From Octopus bimaculoides (Eukaryota), in the NCBI RefSeq assembly GCF_001194135.2, contig NC_068990.1, forward strand, positions 27,976,348 to 28,040,347: a stretch of DNA of 64,000 nucleotides. The letters run 5' to 3'. The notes beneath the pieces were generated by a model. That model was not told where the DNA came from. It was given only the letters and a program-made list of their open reading frames with translations, and did not search any database. Each line of letters opens with the position of its first letter. Position 1 is the stretch's first letter. The position numbers were made by a program, and so were the translations under genes. Positions 1-13,986 of the stretch are shown here, in pieces.

Positions 1-287
1 GTTTGTTAGCTATTGTAATGCTGTATTGCATACGGTAATTATGTTTGGAAGTCATCTGTTAAGTTAAAATGGTGCTTCTGTTTAAATAAACGTGCGTTCC
101 AAACAGAACTATTTTTTTACTTTCTCTCCTCCTAAGTTGCGAAAACAAGGTTTCCACAAGGTATCGTATTGCTCTTCAGCAACTGCTCCAAATATAGTTT
201 TATTTAGTAATGCTGTAAATATGGTCTGACTTTGTAACAGATAAGCATGCATGTCTACACTTCACCAAGAAATAATAACAGTGACAA

Positions 288-289
288 TG

Positions 290-382
<93 letters not shown>

Positions 383-469
383 GTAATAAAAATCAGAAGA
401 ATAATGGTACTAATAGTAAAATTAATAATGGTGATGATGGTAACAGTAGCAAAAAAAAACAATATTACT

Positions 470-498
<29 letters not shown>
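288..498. repeat. (AAT)n microsatellite (288-381) and (GAT)n microsatellite (471-498)
   Basis: Directly visible; explains the poly-N, poly-I and poly-D ORFs at 247-773. Confidence 0.95.
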
Positions 499-501
<3 letters not shown>

Positions 502-1044
502 AACAGGGGCAGGAGCAGCAGTAGCAGCAGTAACTGTGTCAATATTTTGTTCAAACTACCAATATCAATTATTAACATTTCAGGTTTGCTTTTGCTTTGG
601 AAAAGGACATCAAATGAAAATGAATTGAAGGTATCTTTCCTTTCCGGTACACAGACTACCAACGAATTATTCCATATTTCAAGTCTGCTTTTGATTTTGT
701 GAGCCTGCAAAAAAAATAAGAAAATAAAATAAGAAAAAAATAGAATTATAACAATTCGAACAATATCTTCCATATGGAAAAAATACGGTCATATTTCGTG
801 TTAGCATTTATTTTTTCTCTTTCTATTTTATTCTAATAGTCGTAGGTCGCTGTTGAAATAGCAGAATAATGGCCTGATAAAAGCATTAACGGTGTTTAAT
901 TTATTCTTTTCGGTTCTTACTTTAAAAATCCTCACTATGCTCCTATTTTTTCTTTCATCCATCATGAGTGGATATAAGGAATTACTAGTCATATATCGGG
1001 GTCGACTTCGACGATTGGCTCTTCTTGGGACAGTAATTACACTC

Positions 1045-1300
1045 ATGCATTGAAAATGTCACGAGCTACAGAATTTAGCTCGGTTTCCAAGATGCATATT
1101 TGGCTGAGACAAGAACAGCAACACTCTTCCCTTCAACGGGATGCTGATCTGTCTCCGGGATAACTGGTATTGCTGGAAAGCATCAGCCCCTCAGTGAACT
1201 GGAACAACGTGAAATGAAGGAATTTACTGGAAGACAAAACGCTCGGTCCGGGAATTGAAACCACAGTCTTAGGATCTCGAGTGCTATCTTCTAGTCACGC
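1045..1300 (-). mobile_element. tRNA-derived SINE (family C), degenerate
   Basis: Shares 'gcaacgtgaaatgaag...gaaaccacaatctta' blocks with copies at 3190-3515, 3645-3775 and 51095-51352. Confidence 0.7.
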
Positions 1301-3189
1301 ATCTAGGTCACGCATTTAGGGTAAATTTAGAAGTCATCATGTGAAATTCGTTGGTACTTCTTTAATGCATAGTATACCCAATTTGGTAAACCAGGGTANN
1401 NNNNNNNNTAGATAGATAGATAGATAGATAGATAAACCAAAGCACCTGTGAGTGTGTGTGTTTGTGTGTGTGCGTGTGTGTGTGTGTGTGTGTGTTTGTA
1501 AATTTGAGAACAAAGAGTTATTCATAAGGGATTAATATTCCGGGCAAAATATTATTTTAAGCTCTTTACAGATACAAGAACATCGGGTCATCAAAAAGGT
1601 TTGTGATTATTAGTGTACTCCATGACAACCGATGTCATAATTCAAAATAGAAGTCCATTAACAGTTGACCTTTTAAATCCATCTTTGCATTACTGTTTTA
1701 ATATGTTTCCACAGAGTGGCATATAAAAAAGCATAAATATTGGGCCTTATACGTTTATTTGTGCGTTATAGGCTTACAGATGTTTCATATATATNNNNNN
1801 NNNNNNNNNNNNNNNNNNNNNNNNNNNNNNNNNNNNNNNNNNNNNNNNNNNNNNNNNNNNNNNNNNNNNNNNNNNNNNNNNNNNNNNNNNNNNNNNNNNN
1901 NNNNNNNNNNNNNNNNNNNNNNNNNNNNNNNNNNNNNNNNNNNNNNNNNNNNNNNNNNNNNNNNNNNNNNNNNNNNNNNNNNNNNNNNNNNNNNNNNNNN
2001 NNNNNNNNNNNNNNNNNNNNNNNNNNNNNNNNNNNNNNNNNNNNNNNNNNNNNNNNNNNNNNNNNNNNNNNNNNNNNNNNNNNNNNNNNNNNNNNNNNNN
2101 NNNNNNNNNNNNNNNNNNNNNNNNNNNNNNNNNNNNNNNNNNNNNNNNNNNNNNNNNNNNNNNNNNNNNNNNNNNNNNNNNNNNNNNNNNNNNNNNNNNN
2201 NNNNNNNNNNNNNNNNNNNNNNNNNNNNNNNNNNNNNNNNNNNNNNNNNNNNNNNNNNNNNNNNNNNNNNNNNNNNNNNNNNNNNNNNNNNNNNNNNNNN
2301 NNNNNNNNNNNNNNNNNNNNNNNNNNNNNNNNNNNNNNNNNNNNNNNNNNNNNNNNNNNNNNNNNNNNNNNNNNNNNNNNNNNNNNNNNNNNNNNNNNNN
2401 NNNNNNNNNNNNNNNNNNNNNNNNNNNNNNNNNNNTATATATATATATGTAATAATAATAATAATTCATCTCCCTTACAAACAACATACATGTAATCTGT
2501 TTTACTTATATAGTTTCTACTGTTTTTTCAAGTGTTGTAAATACGTCATTATTTGGCTGTCTCCTCTATATCAAGGAGGCGTTAAGCTTACTTCTGCATT
2601 CTGACGAACATATTCAGGATTTACTCAATAATCCCACAATCACAGAAAGATCCTTTTAAATCTATTCTTGAGAAATTGGCTAGAATTGTCAGAGCAACAG
2701 ACAAAACGCTTGGGGGTATCTTTTCTGGGTATCTTTCTCCGCTTCAAATTTCCTTGAGACCATCCTTATTTCATATGTTTAGGGTGAATAAAGTGAGTAC
2801 CACGATAAAACCACGCATTAGTTAAAACGTGATAACTGGTACTTCGTCAATTACGACGATGAGGGTTCCATTTGATCCGATCAACGGAAAAAAAACCTGA
2901 GAGACAAGCTTTCTGAATTTGTTATGGATCTTTGTGTTTTGAGTTGAAATTCAAATCTCGCTGTGAAATCTATTCTACATTTGAATTAATAGCGCCAGCT
3001 ATATTCCTACACCTTTGTGTCCATTCGCGGATTCCTTTCAGTGGTAATCATTCTGGTCAGTCTTCTGGTTTGATAATGCCTTCTGTGCTCACTCCAAACA
3101 GGCTCCAACCATTCCCGGTTCCTCCAGTCAGTTACTGCACTCTGCCTCGTATCTTTGGACTAACAGTTCAATGAAATTGTATTAACTCA

Positions 3190-3775
3190 GGAAATGAAAG
3201 ATTATTAACTGACATCTCGTGAGTTGATCCGTTTAATGGAACAGCCTGCTTCTGAAATTAACATGCAAGTGGCTGAGCTCTCCACGGACCCACATACCCT
3301 TAACGTAGCTATTAAGGAAATTCAACATGATGAAACCAATGTGATAAGGCTGGTCCTTTGAAATGCAGGTACAACTCGTTTTTGCCGGCTGAGTGGACTG
3401 CAGCAACGTGAAATAAAGTGTCTTGCTCAAGGACGCAAGAGACCGCCGGGAATCGACCTCGAGACCTTACAATGTTATACCGATAACTCTAACCACTAAG
3501 TCTCATGGCTTCACTATACGAAAGTTAAACAAGCGAGAGGTATTATGAACATGAGAACCAAATACCTGCATTGGTCTTTAAATAACGAACTCTTCGTTGT
3601 TAGTCCAATAACTTACTTATGTGGCTTTTAATGCCCCACTTAATACAGGTGAGTGGACTGAAGCAACGTGAAGTGAAGTGTTTTGCTCAAGAATAGAACG
3701 TATCACCCGGTGCAGGAAACGAAACCACAATCTTACGATCGTGAGTCCAACGCCCCAAAAACTAAGCCATGTGTG
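3190..3775 (-). mobile_element. Two adjacent family C SINE copies (about 3190-3515 and 3645-3775)
   Basis: 'gagtggactgcagcaacgtgaaataaagtgtcttgctcaag' and 'gagtggactgaagcaacgtgaagtgaagtgttttgctcaag' followed by reverse-complemented B-box-like heads. Confidence 0.75.
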
Positions 3776-4353
3776 TAAGTAGGAAGCTATAATCGAAATT
3801 GTTCTTCTGTATAATTACTTGTAGAACTCTCTAATAATGTGAGTAACTAAGAAAGGTTTCCCATTTTGTGACATTTCAAAAGACTTCTCTTCCTTTAAAA
3901 TCCATTAATTTTGTATATCCTATTTAAGATATAAATACTTTTATGTCGTTCAACTAAGAAGCGACACTTAATATACTTTGTACGTAAATAAGAAACTTTA
4001 ACTGAAGCTCAATTCTGTTCACACGATACGGCTTCCTTTCTTCCATAAACTTAACACAGATAAATGTATCTCCTGAAATACATTCATCGGGGAATCTTCG
4101 CATACACACTTTTTATATTCTGCATTTTCACCTCAACGAAATTTTAAACTGAACATCAATCTTGGAGCTACATTTGCACCGCACACTGCATTACTCCGAC
4201 CAAAAGTAATTTCATGCAACTTGATCCCTTAACTATATAATTGTAGCATCAGTATGTATATTTAGCCATTCAAGAAACACAACCTGAATAATATTAGATA
4301 TTTGGAAAAGCTGAACTTAGCTAAGTACAATTAAAACAAAAATAAAATGTGAG

Positions 4354-4630
4354 TTATTTTCCAGTCAGTGTTTCAACATCTATATTATCCTCGATGCTTT
4401 TCATGTCACAGAGGGTAAAACTTGATCTGAATGAGAGCTGAGAGCTATTTCTGAACGGTATGTTTCTACTTTTCTTTAACTTCAGGCTAGGAGGTGCAAG
4501 CGGACCTGAGGAGGCGACTAAACTTAACAAAGGAAACCAGATATGTTCCTGTTCTCCATAAATGCGAAAACAATCATCGTGGGGTAATTCATAGTACCTC
4601 TGGAAGTACAGACTCAATATTTCCGACGAG
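4354..4630 (-). other. Unassigned ORF of about 90 codons; possible terminal exon or decayed hAT C-terminal dimerisation-like region
   Basis: Non-repetitive frame (...HIWFPLLSLVASSGPLAPPSLKLKKSRN...) preceded by a ttttgatttag acceptor-like site; resemblance to hAT is weak. Confidence 0.2.
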
Positions 4631-6052
4631 CTAAATCAAAATAGTAGGGCTCAGGCTATTAGGTACATCTCAAGGGCTTGCATGCAGCGTCGTTCCTCAT
4701 TGAAGTTAGCTGCTGCTGTTTCAACCTACACCAGTGCGCTGTTTCCTGCAGAAGATATGTCTGAAATCTAAACAAGTGAAGAAAGCCATCAAAGAAATAG
4801 GAAATGCAGTTGAAACTAGTTCAAACTGGATGTGGTTGATATGAGAACGCACGTATATCCTTTACTTCGTCGCTGTCCTGCTCAGATGAAATGTAAAGAC
4901 TAAGGAGAGAGAAGCTTCTAACCCGTATATATCTGATGATACGGATGAGTTTCCAGCAATGGATTTAGAAAAGCTTGTTAAACCTGTGAGTGACCCCTGC
5001 AGCTTCTACATGGGGCAAAGCATTTCTGATATTTATTTAACCTATTCATTTCACCTTCACATTGAGAAAATGACCGGTTGATGTTACATGACGTATGTTA
5101 GGATGCGCACAACTGCATGCACTTAAAGCTGTTTTGTGCAATTGATATTTTTGTTTTCTTTGTTGGCATTATCAATTCTAATTCTTTCCAAATATCAATA
5201 TAAACACAACAGACCCGATTTTTTATGTCAGGAAAACATACGTAGCGCATCCGCATTGGTTATATAGAAAATAAGAAATCTGAAAATAAAAACGGCTACT
5301 TCTGACAAAAGCTGTTAATACAAGGGAGATAACTGTTCTATCGCAACATTAGGCTGGATCAGAAATTTTAATCTGAAATTGAGGGATAGGTGGAAGAAAT
5401 GCATGCGGTTCTAATATTTAATTCTTTTCATTATTATGAAGATTTTACAATTTTTAATTGTAGGTAACCATGTAAAGTATTTTTTTCATTCTTTTTAGAA
5501 ATTTCCAGCATCACATCAACTGTGACATTAATTAGATAGGAGTAGAATTTAATCAACATTTAAGATGAAATTCATTACAATCTTTAAGAAATGCATTAGT
5601 TGTTCTTTTTTTCACAATGCATTGGCAGTTTAAGAACCGCATTCCATGAACTTTTTAATACAGATGGGTATATTGCGTGTACTATACATGAAAAAGAAAT
5701 TACGTAAACCTGTAGAAAGCTCATTCAATATGTGACAAAAGCATTCCAGTATATTTGTCCTGATAGTTTTGTATTTAATGATAAACAATATAGTTTTCAT
5801 TAATCTAACAACTAAACCAAACTTTTGAAGTGGCTGACGACTGACGTTATTCTATTCCGACATCATGTTTTCTCACATCATGTTTGAAACGAGCAAATGA
5901 AATTTAAATAATTTCGATGACAGATATTTTACAGAGAGGATTTTCACAGAGATTTATAACAAAACAAACTAAAATATTTCAAATATTCCCATCGAAAATA
6001 TCATTAGATATTTATGTCAATCTTCTCACCAACAAATGGTATGTATATTTGC

Positions 6053-6054
6053 AT

Positions 6055-6110
<56 letters not shown>

Positions 6111-6200
6111 TTATCTATCTATCTATATCTATATCTATATCTATATCTATATATGTGTGTGTGCGTGTGTGTGTGTGTCTGTGTGTGTATGTATGTATAT
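6053..6200. repeat. Compound (ATCT)n/(ATATCT)n/(GT)n microsatellite
   Basis: Directly visible. Confidence 0.95.
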
Positions 6201-7951
6201 ATGTACTACATATGTAGGAAATTCTGTTTGTGGGTGTAGCTAACTTCTACATCATTTTATCGACTATTGATGAAACTTGACACGTGGAACTCATATCGGG
6301 ATACCTCATGGTATATTCAGATCGTTTGAAAATCGATAATAGGGTCCCTGGAAGGGATCCGTATATATGGCCAAGGGAAATAACCCATTTATTTTCCTAA
6401 ATTATTTGGTATAAATCAAACTGAGTATGCTTATTACTTAGTGTTTGAACTATTAGAGATATTTTCGCAATTTATCCAGTGCAACGCTTAAACAAGTAAA
6501 TAGTATTTTCCTAAACAATAGATCCACATATTTTGGGGTGATGATTTATTCACGAATATACCAACACTAGGGACCCTGAGGATAATATTCTCTGGGAACA
6601 CTGAAAAACCCTTTTCAGAGTTATTTACTTTGAATTATTAACTCATATGTGATTAGCCTGTTATTACATAACATGCTTAACGATTTTAGTATACATGCCT
6701 TATTAGTATTTCCTCCTATGTTCTATATCCTCTGGGAACGCATTAAAGCCCTTATCAGGGCAACATTATATGAATTCTTACTATCGGGTAACTGATTTCT
6801 TGTTAATACATAACTTACTTCACAATTTGGGTATTCATAACTATTTGAGAATTCCTAAAGACAAGACTCTTTACAGTTCGTTATTCTCTGTAAATGCACA
6901 AAAACTGCTTTAAGGGCTACATACTTTGTTTTGTTACTATTGGATTAGCGTAACAATTATGAGAAATAAACCAAAGGATAAGCCCCGCTTTCCTGGGAAT
7001 TACCGGGTACGTCAGCTGTTATATATATATATATATATATATATGCCTGTCTGCTTCTGTGTCTATTCATCTCCCTTTTTTTCTTTCTTTCTCTCTCTCT
7101 TTCCTTCTCTCTTGATATAAATACACACACGCACACACAAACATATGCTTGAGCATAGGTCAAAGTAGGCATGTATGCATATATTATGCATACAAATATC
7201 TAAAACTTTTATGCAGATATTCACATATTCACAATATATCTTCATATCTTCGTCTCTCTATATGTCATCTGTATGCAAATGGATATTCTTTGAAGTTTCA
7301 TAGAATGAGCCCTCTACAACAATTTATATTATATGCACTCACTTGCATTAACACAGCAATACATTTAGATAATTAATTTGCATTTATGTAATATAACACT
7401 GCATAAATGAATGATGTATGTTGTTTTTTCTTATTGAAACCAGAAGATATGTTTCAATCTATCGGGATCAATCTATGGTGGAAATTAGGTTCTTAAAGAA
7501 CGATGACGGTGCTTTGAATCACCCACGCAGCCTCTTAAGTTCTGGGAACAGATGAAATACAGCAAGAACGTAAAATTTAAGCGTAGGTTTATTGCGAAAT
7601 TTTGATGGAGACAATAATATTCAGATTTTAAAAGAAAATAAATATCGGTTCTCTGCAGCATTTCCAATAAGCAGGTGGCCATCGGAATAAATTCTAAAAG
7701 TCTAGTCAAGGAAAGAAATCACACATGTTTACATGCGTCCAGGTATATAACACACATAGATAGATTCATATTTACGTTTAAGCATAAAGTTTTGCAGAAA
7801 GATACATGTACGACTGGCATTGATAATAAAGATAACAAAGCAACTACCTATAACACACATATGTAACAACTCTGGTAGGTTGCTTAACGGTATTTTCTTC
7901 CATACACGCACACAAATATATATACATACATAAATATATCCATGCACACAT

Positions 7952-8021
<70 letters not shown>

Positions 8022-8559
8022 NNNNNNNNNNNNNNNNNNNNNNNNNNNNNNNNNNNNNNNNNNNNNNNNNNNNNNNNNNNNNNNNNNNNNNNNNNNNNNN
8101 NNNNNNNNNNNNNNNNNNNNNNNNNNNNNNNNNNNNNNNNNNNNNNNNNNNNNNNNNNNNNNNNNNNNNNNNNNNNNNNNNNNNNNNNNNNNNNNNNNNN
8201 NNNNNNNNNNNNNNNNNNNNNNNNNNNNNNNNNNNNNNNNNNNNNNNNNNNNNNNNNNNNNNNNNNNNNNNNNNNNNNNNNNNNNNNNNNNNNNNNNNNN
8301 NNNNNNNNNNNNNNNNNNNNNNNNNNNNNNNNNNNNNNNNNNNNNNNNNNNNNNNNNNNNNNNNNNNNNNNNNNNNNNNNNNNNNNNNNNNNNNNNNNNN
8401 NNNNNNNNNNNNNNNNNNNNNNNNNNNNNNNNNNNNNNNNNNNNNNNNNNNNNNNNNNNNNNNNNNNNNNNNNNNNNNNNNNNNNNNNNNNNNNNNNNNN
8501 NNNNNNNNNNNNNNNNNNNNNNNNATAGATAGATATATGAATATGTGTGTCTGTGTGTA

Positions 8560-8597
<38 letters not shown>

Positions 8598-8851
8598 TGT
8601 GAGTGTGTGTGTGTATAGTGTGTGTGAAAAAGAGAGATAAAGAGAGGGGAAGGAGGGAGAGAGAGAGAAAGGAAGATATTAGCACAGATGTATTCCTGAC
8701 TGCCTGCCTGTGTAAGAAAACAAAATTGTTTGTGTTGTACTGCCAGTTTCCCAACTATTCTCTAACACAGACATCTGTCTGATTATTTTGTCTTTTGAAA
8801 GCAGCGGTGTAACAGTTCAGGTGACGCCATTTTGATACGACTAGCACTACA

Positions 8852-8990
8852 AAGTAGGCAGAAACGTTAGTACGCCGGACAAAATGCTAAGCGACATTTC
8901 GTCTGTCCGAACAGACCGGGTTCAAATTCCGCCGATATCGACCTTCACTTTCACCATGTCGAAATCGATAAAGTAAGCACCAGTTGAGCA
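8852..8990 (+). mobile_element. tRNA-derived SINE (family A), partial
   Basis: 'ggcagaaacgttag...gggttcaaattccgccga...gataaagtaagcaccagttg' matches other family A copies. Confidence 0.75.
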
Positions 8991-8999
8991 CACCAATAG

Positions 9000-9330
9000 A
9001 AGAGAATATCACCAAAAACTGCGTGTAGTCCATTACATGCATCTGTGGCAGGTTATACAAAGTGGAAACATGCTGCCCCCTCAAAATAAGGGTAGACGAA
9101 TATCGCAAAGCTGTGACACGAGGAGATATTGATGAATCGGATATAGCTGATCATGTATGGGAAAATGGAGACAACCTCACTCTGTGGGATAAAATTAAAA
9201 AAATAGACAGTGAACACCACTGGAAAATACGAAAACTAAAAGAAGTAGCACATATGCTACGACACAACAACCTCCTAAGCACCTAAGCAGACCTAATGCA
9301 GATATGAACAGCATACGGGAACCAGTATAA
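9000..9330 (+). mobile_element. Penelope-like element fragment (GIY-YIG endonuclease C-terminal part)
   Basis: NCV*SITCICGRLYKVETCCPLKIRVDEYRKAV...IADHVW...WDKIKKIDSEHHWKIRKLKEVAHM resembles the PLE GIY-YIG pattern (YxIxCxCGxxYxGETxRxLxxRxxEH...). Confidence 0.75.
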
Positions 9331-9449
9331 AGGAAGGATAGGAGAATATTAGACTTATAAGCCCTAAAATTCACTCCATAATTGCCCACGGGCAATTTAA
9401 GTTATTATTATTATTATTTATATCTTTATTATCATTAATGTTTCTACAA

Positions 9450-9450
9450 T

Positions 9451-9494
<44 letters not shown>

Positions 9495-9527
9495 TTACAA
9501 CTACTACAACTACTACTACTACTACTT

Positions 9528-9560
<33 letters not shown>

Positions 9561-9562
9561 GT
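9450..9562. repeat. (TAC)n microsatellite
   Basis: Directly visible; source of the poly-L and poly-V ORFs. Confidence 0.95.
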
Positions 9563-9919
9563 AGTAGTACTGCTACCCCCACCACCACCAACAACAAGAT
9601 TGTTATCCTATTTATTCTCATCTCTCTCATCAGGATTAATATAGCGTTTGTCACATATATGGTTCACCATTATCAGCACCGTTCTCAAATAATGTGCTCG
9701 TTTTCAATGTCTCCATATTTCCATTATTATCTTTGAGATGAATACGATGGCCTAGAATTCTGAAAGCATCTTCATCATTAACATTATCCCCAATATCAAC
9801 ATCCACTTCGAGTTATTTTTTTTATTCTCACTAATGCGCGCTTTCCTCACTGATGAAATGCACTTTAGATTTCCTATTCATAGGAAGGCACTTTCTAGCT
9901 CAATATTAAGACTACTTGT

Positions 9920-10357
9920 AAGGCAGCACCCTGGCAGAAACGTTAGCATGTCGGGCGAAATGCTTAGTGCTATTTCGCCTGTCTTTACGTTCTGAGTTCA
10001 AATTCCGCCGAGGTCGACTTTGTCTTTCATCCTTTCCGGGTCGATAAAGTAAGTACCGGTTGCGTACTGGGGTTGATCTAATCGATTGGCTCCCTCCCGA
10101 AAAATTTCAGGCTTTGCGCCCAGAGTAGAAAAGAATATTCCAACACAATAAGGCAGCAAGCTGCCAGAATCGAAATGTTTAGGGCTATTTCGTCTGTCAT
10201 TACGTTCTGAGTTCAAATTCCGCCGAAGTCGACTTTGTCCTTCATCCCTTCGCAGTCGATAAATTAAGTACCAGTTGCATACTGAGGTTGATGGAATCGA
10301 CTGGCCCGTTCCCCACCAAAGAAATTTCCGGCCTTGTGCCTAGAGTAGAAAAGAAAT
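9920..10357 (+). mobile_element. Head-to-tail pair of family A SINEs (9920-10139, 10151-10357)
   Basis: Both carry 'gttctgagttcaaattccgccga(g/a)gtcgactttgtc' with a B box and end 'agagtagaaaagaa'. Confidence 0.85.
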
Positions 10358-11611
10358 AATATTAAAAATATTTATGTAACTTATCAATTATCTCATATAT
10401 ATATATATATAAGTCACAAGGATCTACATGTATCAATACATTATGGCCGTTTCAAGCGGCTCCATTTAATTGATGAATGAAATCATTAAATCAAATTGAA
10501 AGAAACTGCTCTTTTCAGTTACAGATGACCATATAGATTTCAAACATAAGCGATAAACCATGCTAAACAGATTTACATCTATAGTAGCAAGACAAAATAA
10601 TTACATTGTTTCCTAATGTTATAACTGTGCCAGAATGAGTTTCGAAAATAATTCATATCTTATTAAGCCTACTATAATTTAGAGAGTAGCAGAGGAAAAA
10701 TAGTGGTGTCAGGATAAGGGAGCGGTGACGTAGTTATTTATATTTAGAAGACCTTATGAAGCATGTAGTCTTCACCCATTGAGAATTAAAACCATTGGGA
10801 GTTGTCAACTGTATTCTAGTTGATGGTCATAAATCAATTAATGTCAGACAATCTCCCAAACCCTCATTGTATTGGAACCATATATCTAGCTTTATCTACA
10901 TAAAAAGTTATGTCGCAGAGTCGCTTGTAAGAGACTGACTAATGGAGAAGAGGTGGTAACTAGAAGAAGGACGCACTATACAGAACTGGCAAGATGTCTC
11001 AGTTTATGTACCAAATTCAACTGAATCTAGATTATATATCCCTTCTATTATTATTAATGTCTTCAGCTAAAGTTCAAAGAAATTTCAAGTATAGTGTGGA
11101 TGTATTATTAATAATTTCTTTGTGTTTCACTTACAATTCTTCACCTCTTGCATGTTCCCTCTAAATAAAAACCGTTTAAAACATTCATAAATTATAATCT
11201 TTAAACAATGTTGTGTCTTATTTTTGCGAATTACTTATGAGGTGACTTAATCTACTCTGCCTATTTAGAGTCAATCTGGAGCAAATATCTTCTCCATTCT
11301 TTGTCTCGTGAAGTCACAAGTCCTGGTTTGTTGCCTGTTGCACGCACGGTGCAAAGATTTGCAGCTTTGATTTCCGGAGTGTGCGCTGCGTTGTGTTCTG
11401 CAGTAGTACATTACATTTCAAGTTACTTCAGTTCGCTCACATCTAAAGGAGAGACAATACGATGGACTGGAGTCACATTCAATTGGGATGTTGTGATGTT
11501 GGTCATTGAAACGTCATCGAAATCGAATAACTGGCACTTTAGATCCTAGGACTCCAGACAATAAGGTTCTGTGGTCTACATTAATTTTACTTTTCCCACC
11601 ATAGAATTATA

Positions 11612-11990
11612 GTGCAATTCAAAAGCCAAAGAAAAGAATCAACAGATTCTCGTCTCGACCGACCTGGTCCCTCGGAAAGGAAGCTTCGCTGTTTGAAGAG
11701 AATTGTGGAAAACGAACCCCGTTCGAAGGCTTCTGTCATTGCAAAACAGCTAGAAGATGGTCCAAGAATGTTTGTTACATATCTGCATAAGCTTGGGTAT
11801 TATGGAGTATTATGGACGAGCAGCTAGAAGAAACCCTCTCCTTCCACCAATTCATATCAAATAAAAAGATTTTGAAAATAAAAGGTGTCTATATATTTCC
11901 TGCTTGTCTGCATATATATATATACATATGCTACTGCATATATTTCGTGTTTTTTCCCCACCAGATAGAGTCTCGGTTCTTGTAGCTTCT
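11612..11990 (+). mobile_element. Tc1-like transposase relic (DNA-binding region to first catalytic D)
   Basis: RPGPSERKLRCLKRIVENEPRSKASVIAKQLE...YLHKLGYYG...KKP, then a degraded 'DESRF'-like motif near 11975-11990. Confidence 0.65.
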
Positions 11991-12127
11991 CCTCGTTGTC
12001 CATCTGCTGCACCGAGGCAATATTCTTGATGTATTGGCGTTAAGCAAAAAATCTTTCCTTATATTTAATATCTTTTCAGTAATTTTGCTGATTTCTGAAT
12101 ACATTTCTTTCTCTATTTAATTTGCGC

Positions 12128-12180
<53 letters not shown>

Positions 12181-12640
12181 CGCGTGTGTGTGAGTTATAG
12201 TATCAAGTTTTATTTGTAATTCTGGTTATGTGCTATTTGTTTATATAGGATAAAAGCACCGTCTTGTCCAAGTTTCCTGTCCAGTTACGTTACTATAGAA
12301 TGTCTATATATCAAATCGTCATGAAAATGTCATTACACACGACGCTAATGTTTAAAAAAGAAAATAAATTAAGAAGTAGAAGTACATAACAAATAAATCT
12401 ATGAAAATTTAAGCAGAAAAAAAGAAAGGGTGAAAGAAATGGAAGTGACCANNNNNNNNNNNNNNNNNNNNNNNNNNNNNNNNNNNNNNNNNNNNNNNNN
12501 NNNNNNNNNNNNNNNNNNNNNNNNNNNNNNNNNNNNNNNNNNNNNNNNNNNNNNNNNNNNNNNNNNNNNNNNNNNNNNNNNNNNNNNNNNNNNNNNNNNN
12601 NNNNNNNNNNNNNNNNNNNNNNNNNNNNNNNNNNNNNNNN

Positions 12641-12689
<49 letters not shown>

Positions 12690-12699
12690 GTGTGTGTGT

Positions 12700-12746
<47 letters not shown>

Positions 12747-12929
12747 CAGAGAGATTGAGTTAGAGATAGAAATACATTGATAGATAGATAGATAGATAGA
12801 TATACGTACACATAGGCATACATACACTCATATATTGATATACATGTACATACATAGACACACACGCTGGCACACCTACGCACACACACACACATATTTA
12901 TGAATGTAGCTATGTATGTTAGTATCATT

Positions 12930-13530
12930 ATTAGTGAAAACAATTTGGTACGGCACCATATGATTCAAACTCAGGCAGGATTCTTTTTAATAGAAATCTG
13001 GCTCATTATGCAATATGTGTTCAACCTATGTTGCGCCAGTTTCCCTTATAGAATGGTACGGATGTTCATGGATGAGTCCATTTAATTGTTTCGCATCGAT
13101 CTGAACAGAACAACCTTAAGGCGAGTATTTTGTGATTTCGAATTTCCCTTCCTCAGTGTGTGTAAAAAATTTCTGTGCAGTTCTTTCAGTAGAAGCACCT
13201 TTTTCGTACAACGTACTAGTGTCTCGTATAGATTTGGCAGTTTTGAAACCTTGAGTGAAAGAAAAGGAAAGTAGGTGTAGAAAATGCTTATTTTTTTGAC
13301 ATGGCACTCATAGTCATATGTGTGAAAATGTGGTACAGACATTTCAAATTTCTAAAGAGTTTAACAAAAGTTGTCGCGGAAGATTTGAGCAACAAAGTCC
13401 GATAGAATTCTATGATAGAAATACATATTCGTGTTGAATCTACGAATATTGGCAAAGACTAAAATGAGTAGAAAGAATCAAAATGGAACAAATTTATGTG
13501 ACAAACCAAAACTTTTGCCACCAAATATTG
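12930..13530 (-). mobile_element. mariner transposase 5' relic
   Basis: CQKNKHFLHLLSFSFTQGFKTAKSIRDTSTLYEKGASTERTAQKFF..EEGKFE fits the mariner N-terminal HTH; downstream LIHEHPYHS and a WVPHEL-like HMVPYQ; TIR-like sequence near 13490-13530. Confidence 0.75.
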
Positions 13531-13630
13531 CAGGGAAAATGGTCAAATATTACGTTGAATAATTAAATTTATTTATGACCAACAAGCACTGGTGATGTTT
13601 GTAGAACACTTTTCACACACAGGCACACAC

Positions 13631-13678
<48 letters not shown>

Positions 13679-13950
13679 CCACACAAGCTTACACACACAA
13701 GCTTACACACAAACAAGCTTACACGTACACATATATACCAGCAACGCATAAAAAAACACTTATATCGGCATTTGTATATATTGATTCCACGTATGTGCAT
13801 GTGTGTGTTGTGTACGCGTATGCGTGTATGATTATACATGTAAGTGTATATGCCAGCCCATACGAGGGCACAAAGACTACCACACACACACACACACACA
13901 CACAGACATACACACGCATACACACACGCATATACATATATATGCATATA

Positions 13951-13986
<36 letters not shown>

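Noticed and set aside
247-773. Asn/Asp-rich 151-aa ORF
   Set aside because: Composed of (AAT)n and (GAT)n microsatellites; no recognisable domain or convincing splice context.
2618-2793. Plus-strand exon with gtgagt donor
   Set aside because: The donor falls in a SINE-like tail ('gggtgaataaagtgagtacca'); peptide not recognised.
9845-9900. CTGATGA hammerhead candidate
   Set aside because: No stem II followed by GAAA.
11301-11549. 82-aa ORF
   Set aside because: No recognisable homology or consistent splice sites in any frame.
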